A stretch of 64,000 nt of DNA. Source: Octopus sinensis. Its lineage: Eukaryota. Location: contig NW_021837038.1 of assembly GCF_006345805.1 (NCBI RefSeq), positions 1 to 64,000 on the forward strand, given 5' to 3'. Made by a program: the position numbers and the translations under genes. Each line of letters opens with the position of its first letter. Within the stretch, counting starts at the first letter, position 1. Below the pieces are notes generated by a model that did not search any database, had not been told where the DNA came from, and saw only the letters and a list, made by a program, of their open reading frames with translations. Shown piece by piece: positions 36,672 to 49,155 of this stretch.

Positions 36672-39600
36672 CATATATACGACAGGCTTCTTTCAGTTTC
36701 CGTCTACCAAATCCACTCACAAGGCATTGGTCGGCCCGAGGCTACAGCAGAAGACACTTGCCCAAGGTGCCACGCAGTGGGATTGAACCCGGAACCATGT
36801 GGTTGGTTAGCAAGCTACTTACCACACAGCCACTCCTGCACTTATATATATATATACGACAGGCTTCTTTCAGTTTCCGTCTACCAAATCCACTCACAAG
36901 GCATTGGTCGGCCCGAGGCTACAGCAGAAGACACTTGCCCAAGGTGCCACGCAGTGGGATTGAACCCGGAACCATGTGGTTGGTTAGCAAGCTACTTACC
37001 ACACAGCCACTCCTGCGCCTTTTGCATAAAATGTTTGGAAATCAGCAACAAAGGTTCATGGGATATTCATATAGGATCTGTGGTAGTTTAAGAGTAATAC
37101 AGCTGTATGATGGTGGAAGTAATTAGTAAACAAGGCAGCGAGCTGGCAGAATCGTTAGCATGCCGGGCGAAATGCTTACTGGTATTTCGTCTGCCGTTAC
37201 GTTCTGAGTTCAAATTCCGCCGAGGTCAACTTTGCCTTTCATCCTTTCGGGGTCGATTGAATAAGTACCAGTTACGCACTGGGGTCGATGTAATTGACTT
37301 AATACCTTTGTCTGTCCTTGTTTGTCCTCTCTGTGTTTAGCCCCTTGTGGGTAGTAAAGAAATAGGTATTTCGTCTGCCGTTACGTTCTGAGTTCAAATT
37401 CCGCCGAGGTCGACTTTGCCTTTCATCCTTTCGGAGTCAATTAATAACTAACGCCAACCACTCCGTGAGTGTAGTGGGTGCTTTTTACCTCACTACCTCC
37501 ACCTCCTCCTCATCATCGTTTAACGTCCGTTTTCCATGCTAGCATGGGTTGGACAGTCTGACCAGGGCCTTGGAAGCCAGGAGGCTGCACCAGGCTCCAG
37601 TCTGATCTGGCAGTGTTTCTACAGCTGGATGCTCTTCCTAACGCCAACCACTCCGTGAGTGTAGTGGGTGCTTTTTATGTGCCACCTGCACAGGTGCCAG
37701 ACGAGGCTGGCAAACGGCCACGATCTGATGGTGCTTTTTATGTGAGGAGGTCTCTAATAAACCAGCCTCTCAGTCCACAAAAAAACCCCAGAAAAACCCC
37801 CCAACCAACCAACCAACATTCATTGAACTAATTTAACAATACTCTTGTTTATTGAAGTTAAATTGACATTTTTGACATTTCAAAAAGTTATTTCCAATTT
37901 TGTTTTTTACTTATATTTTCTTTTTTAGTTTCTAGTTTTCCGTGTACAACGCCTTCGTCAACAGATGTCACTGCACCATCTCCAAATCTTACAACAGAAC
38001 CTAAGAGCACTTTTAACCTAACCATATTCCTTGCTATTATTGGTGCTATGATCGGTCTACTACTTTTGGTGCTTAGTTTTTACTGTTTCAAGCGTAAGTA
38101 TCCAATCTTTGTTCAGACTTATGCACCAGGCTCCAGTCTGACCTGGCAATGTTTCTACGGCTGGATGCTCTTCCTGACGCCAACCACTCCGAGAGTGTAG
38201 TGGGTGCTTTTTACGTGCCACCGGCATGGAGGCCAGTCAGGCGGTACTGGCAACGACCTCGCTCGAATCCTTTTAGTGGCTGTGTGGTAAGGCGCAGGAG
38301 TGGCTGTGTAGTAAGTAGCCTGCTTCTCAGCCAAATGGTTCTAGGTTCAGTCCCACGGCGAGGCACCTTGGGCAAGTGTCTTCTACTATAGCCTTGGGGT
38401 GACCAAAGCCTTGTGAGTGGATTTGGCAGACGGAAACTGAAAGAAGCCCGTCGTATATATGTGTATATATATGTGTGTGTGTGTTTGTACCCCCTAGCAT
38501 TGCTTGACAACCGATGCTGGTGTGTTTAGGTCCCTGTAACTTAGCGGTTCGGCAAAAGAGAATGATAGAATAAGTACTAGGCTTACAAAGAATAAGTCCT
38601 GGGGTTGATTTGATTCGACTAAAGGCACTGCTCCAGCATGGCCACAGTCAAATGACTGAAACAAGTAAAAGAACAAAAAAAGGAAGGATCACCAAAATTA
38701 TCTGTATTTGTAGCACTGGTGTCTTGGTTCTGATCACATAGTCATAAGCAGATGGGTTAAATCTCACTTATAGGACACGAATCTATTTCAGGAAATGTCC
38801 ATGCCGGTGGCACATAAAAAGCACCATCCAATCGTGGCCATTGCCAGCCTCATCTGGTTTCCATGCCAGTGGCATGTAAAAAGTATCACCCAATCGTGGC
38901 CATTTGCCCGCCTCGTCTGATCTCCATGCCAGTGGCACATAAAAAGCATCATCCAATCGTGGCCATTGCCAGCCTCGTCTGGTCCCCGTGCCGGTGGCAC
39001 GTAAAAAGCATCACCCAATCGTGGCCATTGCCAGCCTTGTCTGGCCTCCATGCCGGTGGCACATAAAAAGCATCATCCAATCGTGGCCATTGCCATCGTC
39101 TGGCCTCCATGCCGGTGGCATGTAAAAACCATCATCCAATCGTGGCCATTGCCATCCTCGTCTGGCCTCCATGCCAGTGGCATGTAAAAAGCATCATCCA
39201 ATCGTGGCCGTTCACCAGCCTCCTCTGGCATCTGTGCGGGTGGCACGTAAAAAGCACCCACTACACTCACGAAGTGGTTGGCGTTAGGAAGGGCATCCAG
39301 CCGTAGAAACACTGCCTGTTCAGACTGGGCCTGGTGCAGCCTTCTGGCTTCCCAGACCCCAGTTGAACCGTCCAACCCATGCTAGCATGGAAAGCAGACG
39401 TTAAACGATGCTGATGAGGATCTCTTGTAGATGTAGTTCCTATTTTATCAGAGATTGAAAACCTAAGGCCAATCTTGATGAGGATTCAAGATTTACAAAT
39501 GTATTCCGGACTTAACTCTTTCACCTTTGTAATATGTTGAAATGTGGATATTTACGGGGGCCATTCTTTATATGTGCATGTTTTGATGTTTGTTTGATGA

Positions 39601-40450
39601 AGGAAATTGCTAATACTGTTCATAAATAATAATCCATTAAATGTGAAGTATATTTGCCACTTAAATGTGGTTAACCACTAAGGGAGTGGAGGCACATGGC
39701 CTAGTGGTTAGAGCAGCGGACTCACGGTTGAGGGATTGCGAGTTCGAATCTCAGATCGGGCGATGTGTGTGTTTATTAGCGAAATACCTAAGCTACACAC
39801 GGCTCCGGCAGCAGGTAATGGCAACTCTTTCGCCACAACTTTCTCTCACTCTTTCCTCCTGCATCTTGCAGCTCACCTGTGATGGACCGGCGTCCTGTCC
39901 AGGTGGGAAACCTATACACCAAGAAACCGGGAAACCGGCCCTTATGAGCAAGGCATGGCTCAAGAAGGAACATTCATTCATTTTCAATCCTTTAATTCTA
40001 ATATATTCTTGATATTTTATTATTGATTGGGTCAATTTATTGTTGTATTTTGGAATGGTCATTTTGCCAGTTTAGCCAATAAAAACACACGCACTATATA
40101 TTTGGTGTTACTTTGCTTCAGTGTTATTTATTTTTTACATTAATCTTAATCTTATTTCGGCCAGAGTTCTTTCGTCACACTCCTGTGACCGCATCAGTGG
40201 TCCTTTGCTTTCTTCTTTCTTATTTGTGTCTTTCCTTACTCTGGCCGAAATAAGATTAAGATTAATGCAAAAAATAAATAACACAGGAATGGCTGTGTGG
40301 TAAGTAGCTTGCTAACCAACCACATCGTTGCGGGTTCAGTCCCACTGCGTGGCACCTTGGGCAAGTGTCTTCTGCTATAGCCCCGGGCCGACCAATGCCT
40401 TGTGAGTGGATTTGGTAGACGGAAACTGAAAGAAGCCTGTCGTATATATG

Positions 40451-40481
<31 letters not shown>

Positions 40482-42254
40482 ATGTTTGTGTGTCTGTGTT
40501 TGTTTCCCTAGCATTGCTTGACAACCGATGCTGGTGTGTTTACGTCCCCGTCACTTAGCGGTTCGGCAAAATAGACCGATAGAATAAGTACTGGGCTTAC
40601 AAAGAATAAGTCCTGGGGGCGATTTGATCGACTAAAGGCAGTGCTCCAGCATGGCCGCAGTCAAATGACTGAAACAAATAAAAGAGAGTAACACTGAAGC
40701 AAAGTAACACCAAATATATAGTGCGTGTGTTTTTATTGGCTAAACTGGCAAAACGACCGTTCCGAAATACAACAATATCTGTTTCAACACACGACTTCAC
40801 ATAAAAAATCTTACACAACAAATATATAAATGTGTAGTGGATGTGTGTGTGTATATATAAATACATAAATTGTTTCATGATTGAAAAGGGATTTATTTAC
40901 ATGGATTATAAATACACTACATACAATAGAGCACATATTAGAGATGAATATGTTTGTGTTACTCTTTACTCTTTTACTCTTTTACTTGTTTCAGTCATTT
41001 GACTGCGGCCATGCTGGAGCACCGCCTTTAGTCGAGCAAATCAACCCCGGGACTTATTCTTTGTAAGCCCAGTACTTATTCTATCGGTCTCTTTTGCCGA
41101 ACCGCTAAGTGACGGGGACGTAAACACACCAGCATCGGTTGTCAAGCAATGCTAGGGGGACAAACAGAGACACACAAACATACACGCACATATATATATA
41201 TATACATATATACGACGGGCTTCTTTCAGTTTCCGTCTACCAAATCCACTCACAAGGCTTTGGTCGGCCCGAGGCTATAGTAGAAGACACTTGCCCAAGG
41301 TGCCACGCAGTGGTTGGTTAGCAAGCTACTTACCAGACAGCCACTCCTGCGCCTATGTGTGTGTGGGTGTGTGCTTGAATCATTTGAAACAGTAGCCTGT
41401 AGGCATTTCTCTGTCGTCTTCAAAACGCGGGGTGTCTACTGGTGTGTCAGCATCGATTGTGTTTCTTTCTCTGTTGTTCCCTTGTATTTATAATATTTCA
41501 AACAGCTAGAAAGATAGACATACTACGACAGAGTTACATGTATCAATTTATATTTCCAGGAACAATTCAAGAGAAAAGAGGACTGCTGTTTTATACAGAG
41601 GACCATTCCTACCACTGTGAAGCCATCGATCAGTTTGTATCTCTCATGAATATGAGCAAGTGTAAACTAGAACTTGCTGCGCGTCTAGTGAAAGGCAGCG
41701 ATCCTTCGAGGCTGACTTTAGAAATCCAAAGGTCCGATTTTATAATTCTTGTATACTCCAAAGCTCTTCACAAAAGAATCCAGGCGTGGAAAAACAGCCA
41801 GGATTACATAAATTTTTTAAAAGAGGACAACTCAGCGCTTTTGACAGCTTCCCTTCTCAAGGAACTTGAAGAAAGCAACAAACTTATCATTTGTAAGTTC
41901 CCTCAGGTACCAAACTCCAGTGTGAGCGGCGAGTTTCCTTCGGTCAAGTGCTACACACTCACGAAAGAGCTGAGATTGCTTATTCAACAAATCCACGGAA
42001 GAGGAGTGGATCACGAACTTGCCGTTCTTGACAGAAGTAACAAACTCAATCACAACTCTTTGACAAACACTATTAAGAATGCTACCAACTTTGAAGAAAA
42101 CAGTTCCTATTGGTTTGAAGACAAATATATTTGCCCTAAGAAAATGGAGTCTTTAAATGAAATGCCTGATTATGCTGAAAACTTTTCAGATGGATGTGAA
42201 CATAGTATTTATTCCATTCCTATAAGTTCCAAATTGGAACAGATTAATGAGTAG
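20042..42254 (+). CDS. IL17R: IL-17 receptor-like (SEF/IL-17R family) type I membrane protein, 10 coding exons, 549 aa
   Basis: Exons 20042-20122, 21573-21600, 22403-22531, 26111-26214, 29253-29367, 29999-30162, 32233-32292, 36268-36376, 37929-38093 and 41560-42254. All are GT-AG, phases are compatible (0,1,1,0,1,0,0,1,1), and the total is 1650 nt with no internal stop. Product: signal peptide, ectodomain motifs (W..LTHLKGFKIE..C.ILDFS; CREW..LIVDFEQGP..Y.V.L; CxC..C..C), TM helix and SEFIR-like tail. Family assignment is by motif recall, not a database search. Confidence 0.8.
20284..21463. repeat. Head-to-tail array of about five half-MITE units (about 250 bp) in IL17R-like intron 1
   Basis: Most units restart at the TIR gggatcttttcggtttgaccggcag; one unit is joined by a deletion. 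Confidence 0.8.
21573..21600 (+). CDS. IL17R: IL17R-like exon 2 (28 nt, ESYYLYRTK)
   Basis: tttccttttcag| ... |gtaagt; bridges phase 0 to phase 1. Confidence 0.65.
21805..22388 (+). repeat. Three tandem copies of an (ATG)n-tailed SINE
   Basis: ccactacactc..ggagtggttggcgttaggaagggcatccagc...catgctagcatggaaag.ggacgttaaatgatgatg. Confidence 0.85.
22403..22531 (+). CDS. IL17R: IL17R-like exon 3
   Basis: tgtttcag| CNASLDVFKPFPNGKYPERPKFFQLTDFLRNEKKGIKAVWNA |gtaaga. Confidence 0.75.
23385..24310. repeat. SINE-internal minisatellite, 109-bp period (about 8 units)
   Basis: aagcgaaccatccgaa recurs every 109 bp. Related arrays at 31250-31730, 38800-39250 and 47800-48300. Confidence 0.85.
24641..25024 (+). 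mobile_element. Non-autonomous Helitron
   Basis: A|TC...gagcaacgccggacgatactgCTAG|T termini, no TSD; second copy at 56833-57206. Confidence 0.75.
25393..25443 (-). ncRNA. Type I hammerhead ribozyme (left arm of inverted repeat)
   Basis: Exact reverse complement of 25569-25619. Confidence 0.75.
25569..25619 (+). ncRNA. Type I hammerhead ribozyme (right arm of inverted repeat), predicted cleavage after A25613
   Basis: AGCTTC-CTGATGA-TTTCTTTTGAAT-GAA-ACAG-TTCTAGTC-CTGT-A-GAAGCT. Confidence 0.78.
25820..25920 (-). ncRNA. Type I hammerhead-like motif with long AT-rich stem II (weak stem I)
   Basis: AAC-CTGAAGA-gtaactataatt...aattatagccat-GAA-ACGTACGT-A-GTT. Confidence 0.55.
26111..26214 (+). 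CDS. IL17R: IL17R-like exon 4
   Basis: tttaatag| LTHLKGFKIEYDFDDKICRILDFSEFLKNKSISN |gtgagt. Confidence 0.8.
27857..28263. mobile_element. Same MITE family, 8-bp TSD gatttatg
   Basis: TSD at 27849-27856 and 28264-28271. Confidence 0.75.
28348..28572. mobile_element. piggyBac-like MITE (TTAA|CCCTT...AAGG|TTAA)
   Basis: TTAA flanks; second copy at 28888-29112. A related TTAA-flanked family lies at 15022-15243. Confidence 0.65.
28888..29112. mobile_element. piggyBac-like MITE
   Basis: TTAA|CCCTT...AAAGGG|TTAA. Confidence 0.7.
29253..29367 (+). CDS. IL17R: IL17R-like exon 5
   Basis: tttctttgcag| YDFEFNLHPVRMNKEILVHLHPLPESGNNYLTAKVDTF |gtaagg. Confidence 0.8.
29432..29752 (+). repeat. (ACC)n-derived low-complexity tract in IL17R-like intron 5
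   Basis: ACC/ACA/AAA triplet mosaic preceded by a short (GGT)n. Confidence 0.9.
29999..30162 (+). CDS. IL17R: IL17R-like exon 6
   Basis: cctttgcag| CREWVTPIDYKLEENKLIVDFEQGPSKCDIKQYNVALHN...SSQ |gtttgt. Confidence 0.8.
32233..32292 (+). CDS. IL17R: IL17R-like exon 7
   Basis: cattttcag| TTSKLTHEFHRICSGNYYTT |gtaagt. Confidence 0.75.
34651..36217 (-). repeat. Nine head-to-tail copies of a tRNA-derived SINE (about 176-bp period) in IL17R-like intron 7
   Basis: Reverse complement of gcaggagtggctgtgtggtaagtagcttg...gaaactgaaagaagcccatc, separated by (TA)n. Smaller arrays at 26895-27408 (x3), 36680-37018 (x2) and 55759-56476 (x4). Confidence 0.9.
36268..36376 (+). CDS. IL17R: IL17R-like exon 8 (Cys-rich)
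   Basis: ttcttaaag| VEIIDEFWNVDGKCICKNEYSRCGVDCIRSKSTDFQ |gtaagt. Confidence 0.8.
37929..38093 (+). CDS. IL17R: IL17R-like exon 9 (S/T/P stalk + transmembrane helix)
   Basis: ttttttag| SSFPCTTPSSTDVTAPSPNLTTEPKSTFNLTIFLAIIGAMIGLLLLVLSFYCFK |gtaagt. Confidence 0.8.
41560..42254 (+). CDS. IL17R: IL17R-like exon 10 (SEFIR-like cytoplasmic domain)
   Basis: atttccag| TIQEKRGLLFYTEDHSYHCEAIDQFVSLM...SDFIILVYSKAL...KLIICKF...YTLTKELRLLIQQIHG, ending at TAG 42254. Confidence 0.85.
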
Positions 42255-42364
42255 AATGACTCGTTAGCTTAAAAGATTCGCAGACGGGATTCATTTGTTT
42301 CAACAAAGATTTGGTTTCATTTTTATATTTTTAAATCTCATCCGGGATCCTTCCTGCTTTTGTT

Positions 42365-42786
42365 GGATCTTTTCGGTTTGAACGGCAGTTTTTTCTAGCG
42401 ATGTCATATGAAATTGTCACCCATAATTATGACCCTAGAACCTATCTATTGCATTTCAATCTGTTTTAGGGTTAAGGCTTGGGGTGGGGGAAGGGTATCT
42501 TTTTTTTCTTCACAAATGTAAATAAACCCAATCTGTTTCTTGAACGAGGGACATATTCATACGGCACAGAATGTTTTTTTTTTACCTCAATAGACGTCAT
42601 TGATTGGTTGAAATTGCAGAAATTGAAGAAAAAAAACAACAAATATCTTACAAACTATAGAATTTTCTCAATAAAGCCAAGAGAAAGAGATGTTTTATAA
42701 ACACATTCTACCAGTATACGAAGTTTAAAAGTGTTTAGTTACGTGGAAATTATTTTAAAAAACTGCCGGTCAAACCGAAAAGATCC
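42365..42786. mobile_element. Same MITE family, full-length copy
   Basis: GGATCTTTTCGGTTTGAACGGCAG...CTGCCGGTCAAACCGAAAAGATCC. No TSD seen. Partial copies also at about 6574-6880, 17895-18790 and 58770-58945. Confidence 0.75.
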
Positions 42787-43883
42787 CACCTGTGTCCTAT
42801 GCAATAGTGTTGAGTTATTCAATTAATCATCTAATCATTTATTTTTTTAGACCATCCATCTATTTAGTTATTTAATTTTAATTATCTAATTTCAATTTTA
42901 GTGTTTTATTTGAGTGGGGGTTACCACCTAATTGTAGAATATTTATATTTCACCATTTTTAATTTTTATCGTAGCCATTTTTTTTTTCCATAATATTATT
43001 TTAATAGTCAAAGGGAGACAACTCTTTTATTAATCTTAATTTAATAAGATATTGAAAACTTATCAGATATTAAATTAATCAGCTAATTAGCTAATGAATG
43101 AATCAATCAATTAATTAATTTAATTTAATAATTAATTGGTTGTGTATATATGCTTTTATTCCTATGTACACACACACACACACACACACACATTTATTTA
43201 GGGTGGCAAGCTGGCAGATATGTTAGAACGCCAGGCGAAATGCTTAGAGATATTTCGTCTGTTGTTACGTTCTGAGTTCAAATTCCGCCGAGGTCGACTT
43301 TGCCTTTCATCCTTTCGGGGTCGATAAATTAAGTACCAGTTAAGCACTGGGGTCGATATAATCGACTTAATCCGTCTGTCTGTCCTTGTTTGTTCCCTCT
43401 GTGTTTAGCCCCTTGTGGGTAGTAAAGAAATAGAAATATATATATATATCATCATCATCATCATTTAGCGTCCGCTATCCATGCTAGCATGGGTTGGACG
43501 GTTCAACTGGGGTCTGTGAAGCCAGAAGGCTGCATCAGGCCCAGTCTGATCTGGCAGTGTTTCTACGGCTGGATGCCCTTCCTAACGCCAACCACTCCGT
43601 ATATATATATATATATATATATATAATTATTATTTGAGGGAATAAAAACCAGACTTACAACGAAAAAAATTCAATTTAGAATACTAAATCAAATTTCACA
43701 CAATATAATATATATAAAAAATTAGAAAAAGACTACCTTTTATCAATTCAAAATGAATAATTAAATTACATTTTATTGTTATTTTAATTTTAACTTTTCT
43801 ATTATATGTAATTTTCTAGATGGTGTAATTTAATTATTTATTTTGAATTGATAAAAGGTGGTCTTTTTCTAATTTAAAAATAC

Positions 43884-44095
43884 GGCACAACTATTTCACC
43901 TCAATTGGACCTGCTCTCTTCAACATTACACCAGGACACGTCAAAACAGAAACTGACCACACAAAATTCAAGAAGTCTTTGGACAAATTCCTTCAAACAG
44001 TCCCGGACATACCACCTACACCCGGATATGTCTCCGCAAACAACTCTCTGCTCGAATGGGCCTTGGTGCCCAAATCCTGAATTGAAAGACTTCGC
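43884..44095 (+). mobile_element. Non-LTR retrotransposon (CR1/L2 group) ORF2 3' fragment
   Basis: YFTSIGPALFNITP...KFKKSLDKFLQTVPD.P..PGY...NSLLEW-like C-terminus. Confidence 0.6.
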
Positions 44096-44162
44096 CAGGT
44101 GGTGCTATTAAGTTAGACATGGCCTGGGCCAATACTGGCCAAAACCTTTCTAAGTTTTCTAA

Positions 44163-44246
<84 letters not shown>

Positions 44247-44726
44247 TAAATTAGAGATAAAACCACTATTAGGCAAATCAAACAGTGAAAATCATAAGCC
44301 AATATACATAGAAATAAAATTAATTAAAAAATATAAAAAATATAAAAATCCAATTAAAATATTTAAATTAAAGTTAAAATTTTTTAAAATTATTTAAATA
44401 AATAAATTAAACTTAAAAATTTTAAATATATATATATATTTTTTTTTATTATTTTATTTATTCTTTTATTATTATTATTTTTTATATATATATATATATA
44501 TATAAAAATATATGGAGGCGCAATGGCCTAGTGGTTAGGGCAGCGGACTCGCGGTCGGAGGATCGCGGTTTCGATTCCCAGACCGGGCGTTGTGTGTGTT
44601 TATTGAGCGAAAACACCTAAAAGCTCCACGAGGCTCCGGCAGGAGGTGGTGATCCCTGCTGTACTCTTTCACCACTCTAAAGGCGGTGCTCCAGCATGGC
44701 CGCAGTCAAATGACTGAAACAAGTAC

Positions 44727-44758
<32 letters not shown>

Positions 44759-45965
44759 CACACAAGTATATGTATGCATACACACATACATATACATACA
44801 GATATATATGCACACACAGATTTATGATTCAGTCTTGGGGATAGTACTAGATAATGTTATTACTCTGCATATTTGTGGGTTATAATTTAATTATTTAATA
44901 TTATTATTAAAGATGAGTTAGTCCAAGTGTATTTGTTTAAGGTATATTAATAGAGGGGTTATTAATGTCATTGCTTAAACCATGTTTGTGTGTATTATTA
45001 TTATTATTATTATTATTATCATTATTATTGAGTGAGAGAGCAGTGCATGCCATCAAAGTGACACTGGGGTAAAATATACGAAGCCCAGTATACCCATCAT
45101 GACTACCCGTCTGATAAGGGTACACTAGGCACATGCATCACAACCATATGTGTGCGACATGGTGATCTCATATCAAGATAAACAGCACATGACCTTGCAG
45201 GTGGGGCCCAGTTAGAATTTTCTTCAGGTTGAGTAGCCCATCCCGCTCAAAAGGTCCCTGAATAAGGGTTGTTTAAGGATGTTGAAAGAACCACCCATGT
45301 TTCCAGAGGTGAATTATCCAAACCCCCAAAGAATTCCTTTCAACACATGGCTATGATGCTCCCCCACTACTTCTGCTCGTGATCAGAGATGCGCATATCG
45401 TCAGCCACCAAGGGACATGCTCAACTGGTTAAGGTCAAACAACTGACAAGTAAATCTGTGGTATTGAGCAGAATATTTGCTGTAGCCCATCTTTTATACC
45501 AAGACAAAACAATGTACATGATAACACTTCCAATCAGTTAAGATCAGAAGCCATGAGAGCCACTGCCTGGTACTGCATCAGGGCATTATTATTATCATTG
45601 TTATCTTTTTTTTTCTTCTTCTTTCAAATTTGCTTCCATTTCTTGCCGAGTGTCTTCCTGACTCCCAGGGCAAAGAAACTCATAGTATACATTGGTAGGT
45701 CATTACACTAAACTCACTAGTTCGTTCTTTTTTTTTTTTTTTAAAGTTAAATTAAAATACATGGGTAGTAATTGTTCTCACATTGACAATGCTCTTCTCA
45801 ATACGTGTGATGTACCAGTTAAGGCAATCTTTTGCACTTCTTGCAGGGATGGTAAGCCAGGGATCATTCTCATATAATTTTCAGTTCCCTTCTTGATCAT
45901 TCCTAGTGATCAGAAGCCACGAGAGCCACTGCCTGGTACTTATTATTATTATTATAATTATTATA

Positions 45966-46003
<38 letters not shown>

Positions 46004-46114
46004 TATTATTATCATCAATATGAGTGTACTTACTTGTACTTGTACTTGGGCGACATTCACCAACTATGTAGGACAATGATAACTGCATGGTATGTAGGAT
46101 TAACCCTGACATTA

Positions 46115-46412
46115 ATTGTAGAACTAGAGATGTAGTCTACAGCATAAGATGTATGCATAGAAGGAGCTTGTGAAGACATGAACATGACATACATAGGGGA
46201 GACATCTAGTAGCGTTGCGGAAAGACTAAATGAACATTTAAGATTATATGACGACAAAAAACAGTCCTCCATACTCCACCAACATGCGAAGGACCAGCAT
46301 GGAGGCAACCTGAGTCAACTTGACATCCGCATTTTATCCTAGCACCCAAAGGACCCAACACTCAAACAAATACAGGAGTACGTCCTCATAAATGAAACGT
46401 CCCCAGTACTAA
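46115..46412 (+). mobile_element. Penelope-like GIY-YIG endonuclease remnant
   Basis: RDVVYSIRC (frameshift) ACEDMNMTYIGETSSSVAERLNEH...LHQH...S*HPKD..E..I....P.LN; one stop and one frameshift. Confidence 0.75.
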
Positions 46413-49155
46413 ACAGGAAATACACAGAGCAGATAATCATACCCCAATACCCCTATACCCACAGTTTATATTTATATACAGATATAAATGTATGTATGTG
46501 TGTGTGTGTGTATATGTACATATATGTAGGTAAATAGATATGAAAGTAAACATAGACGCAGGAGTGGCTGTGTGGTAAGTAGCTTGCTAACCAACCACAT
46601 GGTTCTGGGTTCAGTCCCACTACATGGCACCTTGGGCAAGTATCTTCTACTGTAGCCTCGGGCCGACCAATGCCTTGTGAGTGGATTTGGTAGACGGAAA
46701 CTGAAAGAAGCCCGTTGTATATATGTATATATATATATGTGTACGTGTATGTTTGTGTGTCTGTGTTTGTCCCCCTAGTATTGCTTGACAACCGATGCTG
46801 GTGTGTTTATGTCCCTGTCACTTAGCAGTTCGGCAAAAAAGACCGATAGAATAAGTACTGGGCTTACAAAAAAGAACAAGTCCCGGGGTCGAGTCGCTCG
46901 ACTGAAGGCGGTGCTCCAGCATGGCTGCAGTCAAATGACTGAAACAAGTAAAAGAGAGAAAGCGAGATAGACATACACACGGATAGGTATGTAGGTAACA
47001 TGAACAGACAAGCACACATACAAACATATACACAAATGAAGACTGAAACACACGACCATATACACACACACATACACACTTCACTTCACACAAGGTCAAT
47101 TCTTAAACCATACAGCCATAATATATAACAATATTTTTTTCAGAATTTAAAAATGATAATTCCCGACAGAAGTGTCACATAAAAACAGGTTAGACACATC
47201 TGATAAAGTTAAATGACTTCAGATAAGCAACGTAAGAAACGCCAGCAGATGGTGGCATAGACACTTCTCTGCATATAATTGAATACATACCTGCATGAAT
47301 TACACCTGAGTCCTATATCCAGACAATATATGTGAAGGGAGCTTCACTGTTTTGCTATCATTAAGAAGAATGCTTTGTTGTCTGATAGTTGGTTTCAGTT
47401 CAAGTCAAACTGCTTGCCATTGAGGACAAGGGTTTATACTAAAGACCCAGATCAATAAAAGCCTTGTGAGAATTTGGGAGGCAAAAACAGAAAGAAGTGC
47501 ATTGCATATATATATACATACAAAAAAACACAAATATACATATGTATATATACATACATACATAAATATCATCATCATCATCGTTTAACGTCCGTTCTCC
47601 ATGCTTGCATGGGTTGGACGGTTCGACCGGGGATTTGGGAAACCAGAAGGCTGCCCCAGGCTCCAATCTGATCTGGCAGTGTTTCTACAGCTGGATGCCC
47701 CTTTCTAACGCCAACCACTCCGTGAATGTAGTGGGTGCTTTTTACGTGCCACCTGCACAGGTGCCAGGTGAGCCTGGCAACGCCCACGATCAGATTGGTG
47801 CATTTTACGTGCCACCGGCACGGAAGCCGGTCAAGGCGGCGCTGCCATCGGCCACGATTTGGATGGTGCTTTTTACGTGCCACCGGCACGGAAGCCAGTC
47901 TAGGCGGTGCTGGCATCGGCCACATTCAGATGGTGCTGTTTACGTGTCACCGGCACGGAAGCCAGTCAAGGTGGTGCTGGCATCGGCCACGATTCGGATG
48001 GTGCTTTTTACGTGCCACTGGCAAGGAAGCCAGTCAAGGTGGCGCTGGCATCGGCCACGATTCGGATGGTGCTTTTTACGTGCCACTGGCAAGGAAGCCA
48101 GTCAAGGTGGCGCTGGCATCGGCCACGATTCGGATGGTGCTTTTTACGTGCCACTGGCAAGGAAGCCAGTCAAGGTGGCGCTGGCATCGGCCACGATTCG
48201 GATAGTGCTTTTTACGTACCACCGGCACAGAAGCCAGTCTAGGCGGCGCTGGCATCAGCCACATTCAGATGGTGCTTTTTACGTGCCACTGGCACAGGGA
48301 TCACAACTGCAGTTTCCATTGATTTTGATGTTGGTGTACTTGACTCAATGGATCTCCTCAAGCACAGGGTCAAAAACGGTGTTTCTTCACTTGGCACCTG
48401 CACAGGAGTCAGTCCAGCGGTCCTGGCAACTGCCGGGTGCCAGTCATAGGATTGGTTCAATTTCGAAGAACATATACATATATATGTATGTATAATATAT
48501 ATATATATAAACATGCACTCACACATATGTATATACATACGTGTTGGATGAGATGACAGGACCACTGGAACACCAAAGTAACTGCACCATTATATTTAAG
48601 GCAAAGGGCTAGCAGAATCGTTAGCATGCTGGGCAAAATGCTTAGCAGTATTCAGTCTGCTGTTACTTTCTGAGTTCAAATTTTGCTGAGGTTGACTTTG
48701 CCTTTCATACTTTCGGGGTCGATAAATTAAGTACCAGCTGAATATTAGGGTCAATGAGATGAGATTTCAGGCCTTGTGCCAATGGTAGAAAGCTTTATAT
48801 TTTTACAGAAACAAAAATTGTCAGTGATCTCCGGGTGCTATAAATCACCAATAAAATTAACACTTTTGATACCAATCCGACTATGACCACCCCTGTTTCT
48901 TTGATATGAACTTTGCATTTTTATATGATCTAAGTTAAAATCTTCCATCAAAATTTCATGTTCTGAACACCAGCTTAATAATAACGAAGTTATTTTACTA
49001 AGTTCTTCATCATTTTGAAAATTAATTAAACTAATTGCAATGTATTTCACCAGAAATATTTTCACCCTATGACTTAGTTTCAAGAACTTTCCATCATGTC
49101 TGTCCCAACCCTTTTGATACCAACCTATCTGAGCGTGTCCTTTGCTTCTATGACA

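Noticed and set aside
36434-37126. 230-aa ORF following exon 8
   Set aside because: Composed entirely of consecutive SINE copies.
38690-39520. Possible extra IL17R-like exons between the TM and SEFIR exons
   Set aside because: No convincing acceptor/donor pair found, and exons 9 and 10 already join in phase.
44515-44590. tRNA-like sequences (also about 27488, 39685 and 26800-26878 on -)
   Set aside because: A/B boxes run straight into SINE bodies and there is no proper acceptor stem, so these are SINE heads rather than tRNA genes.
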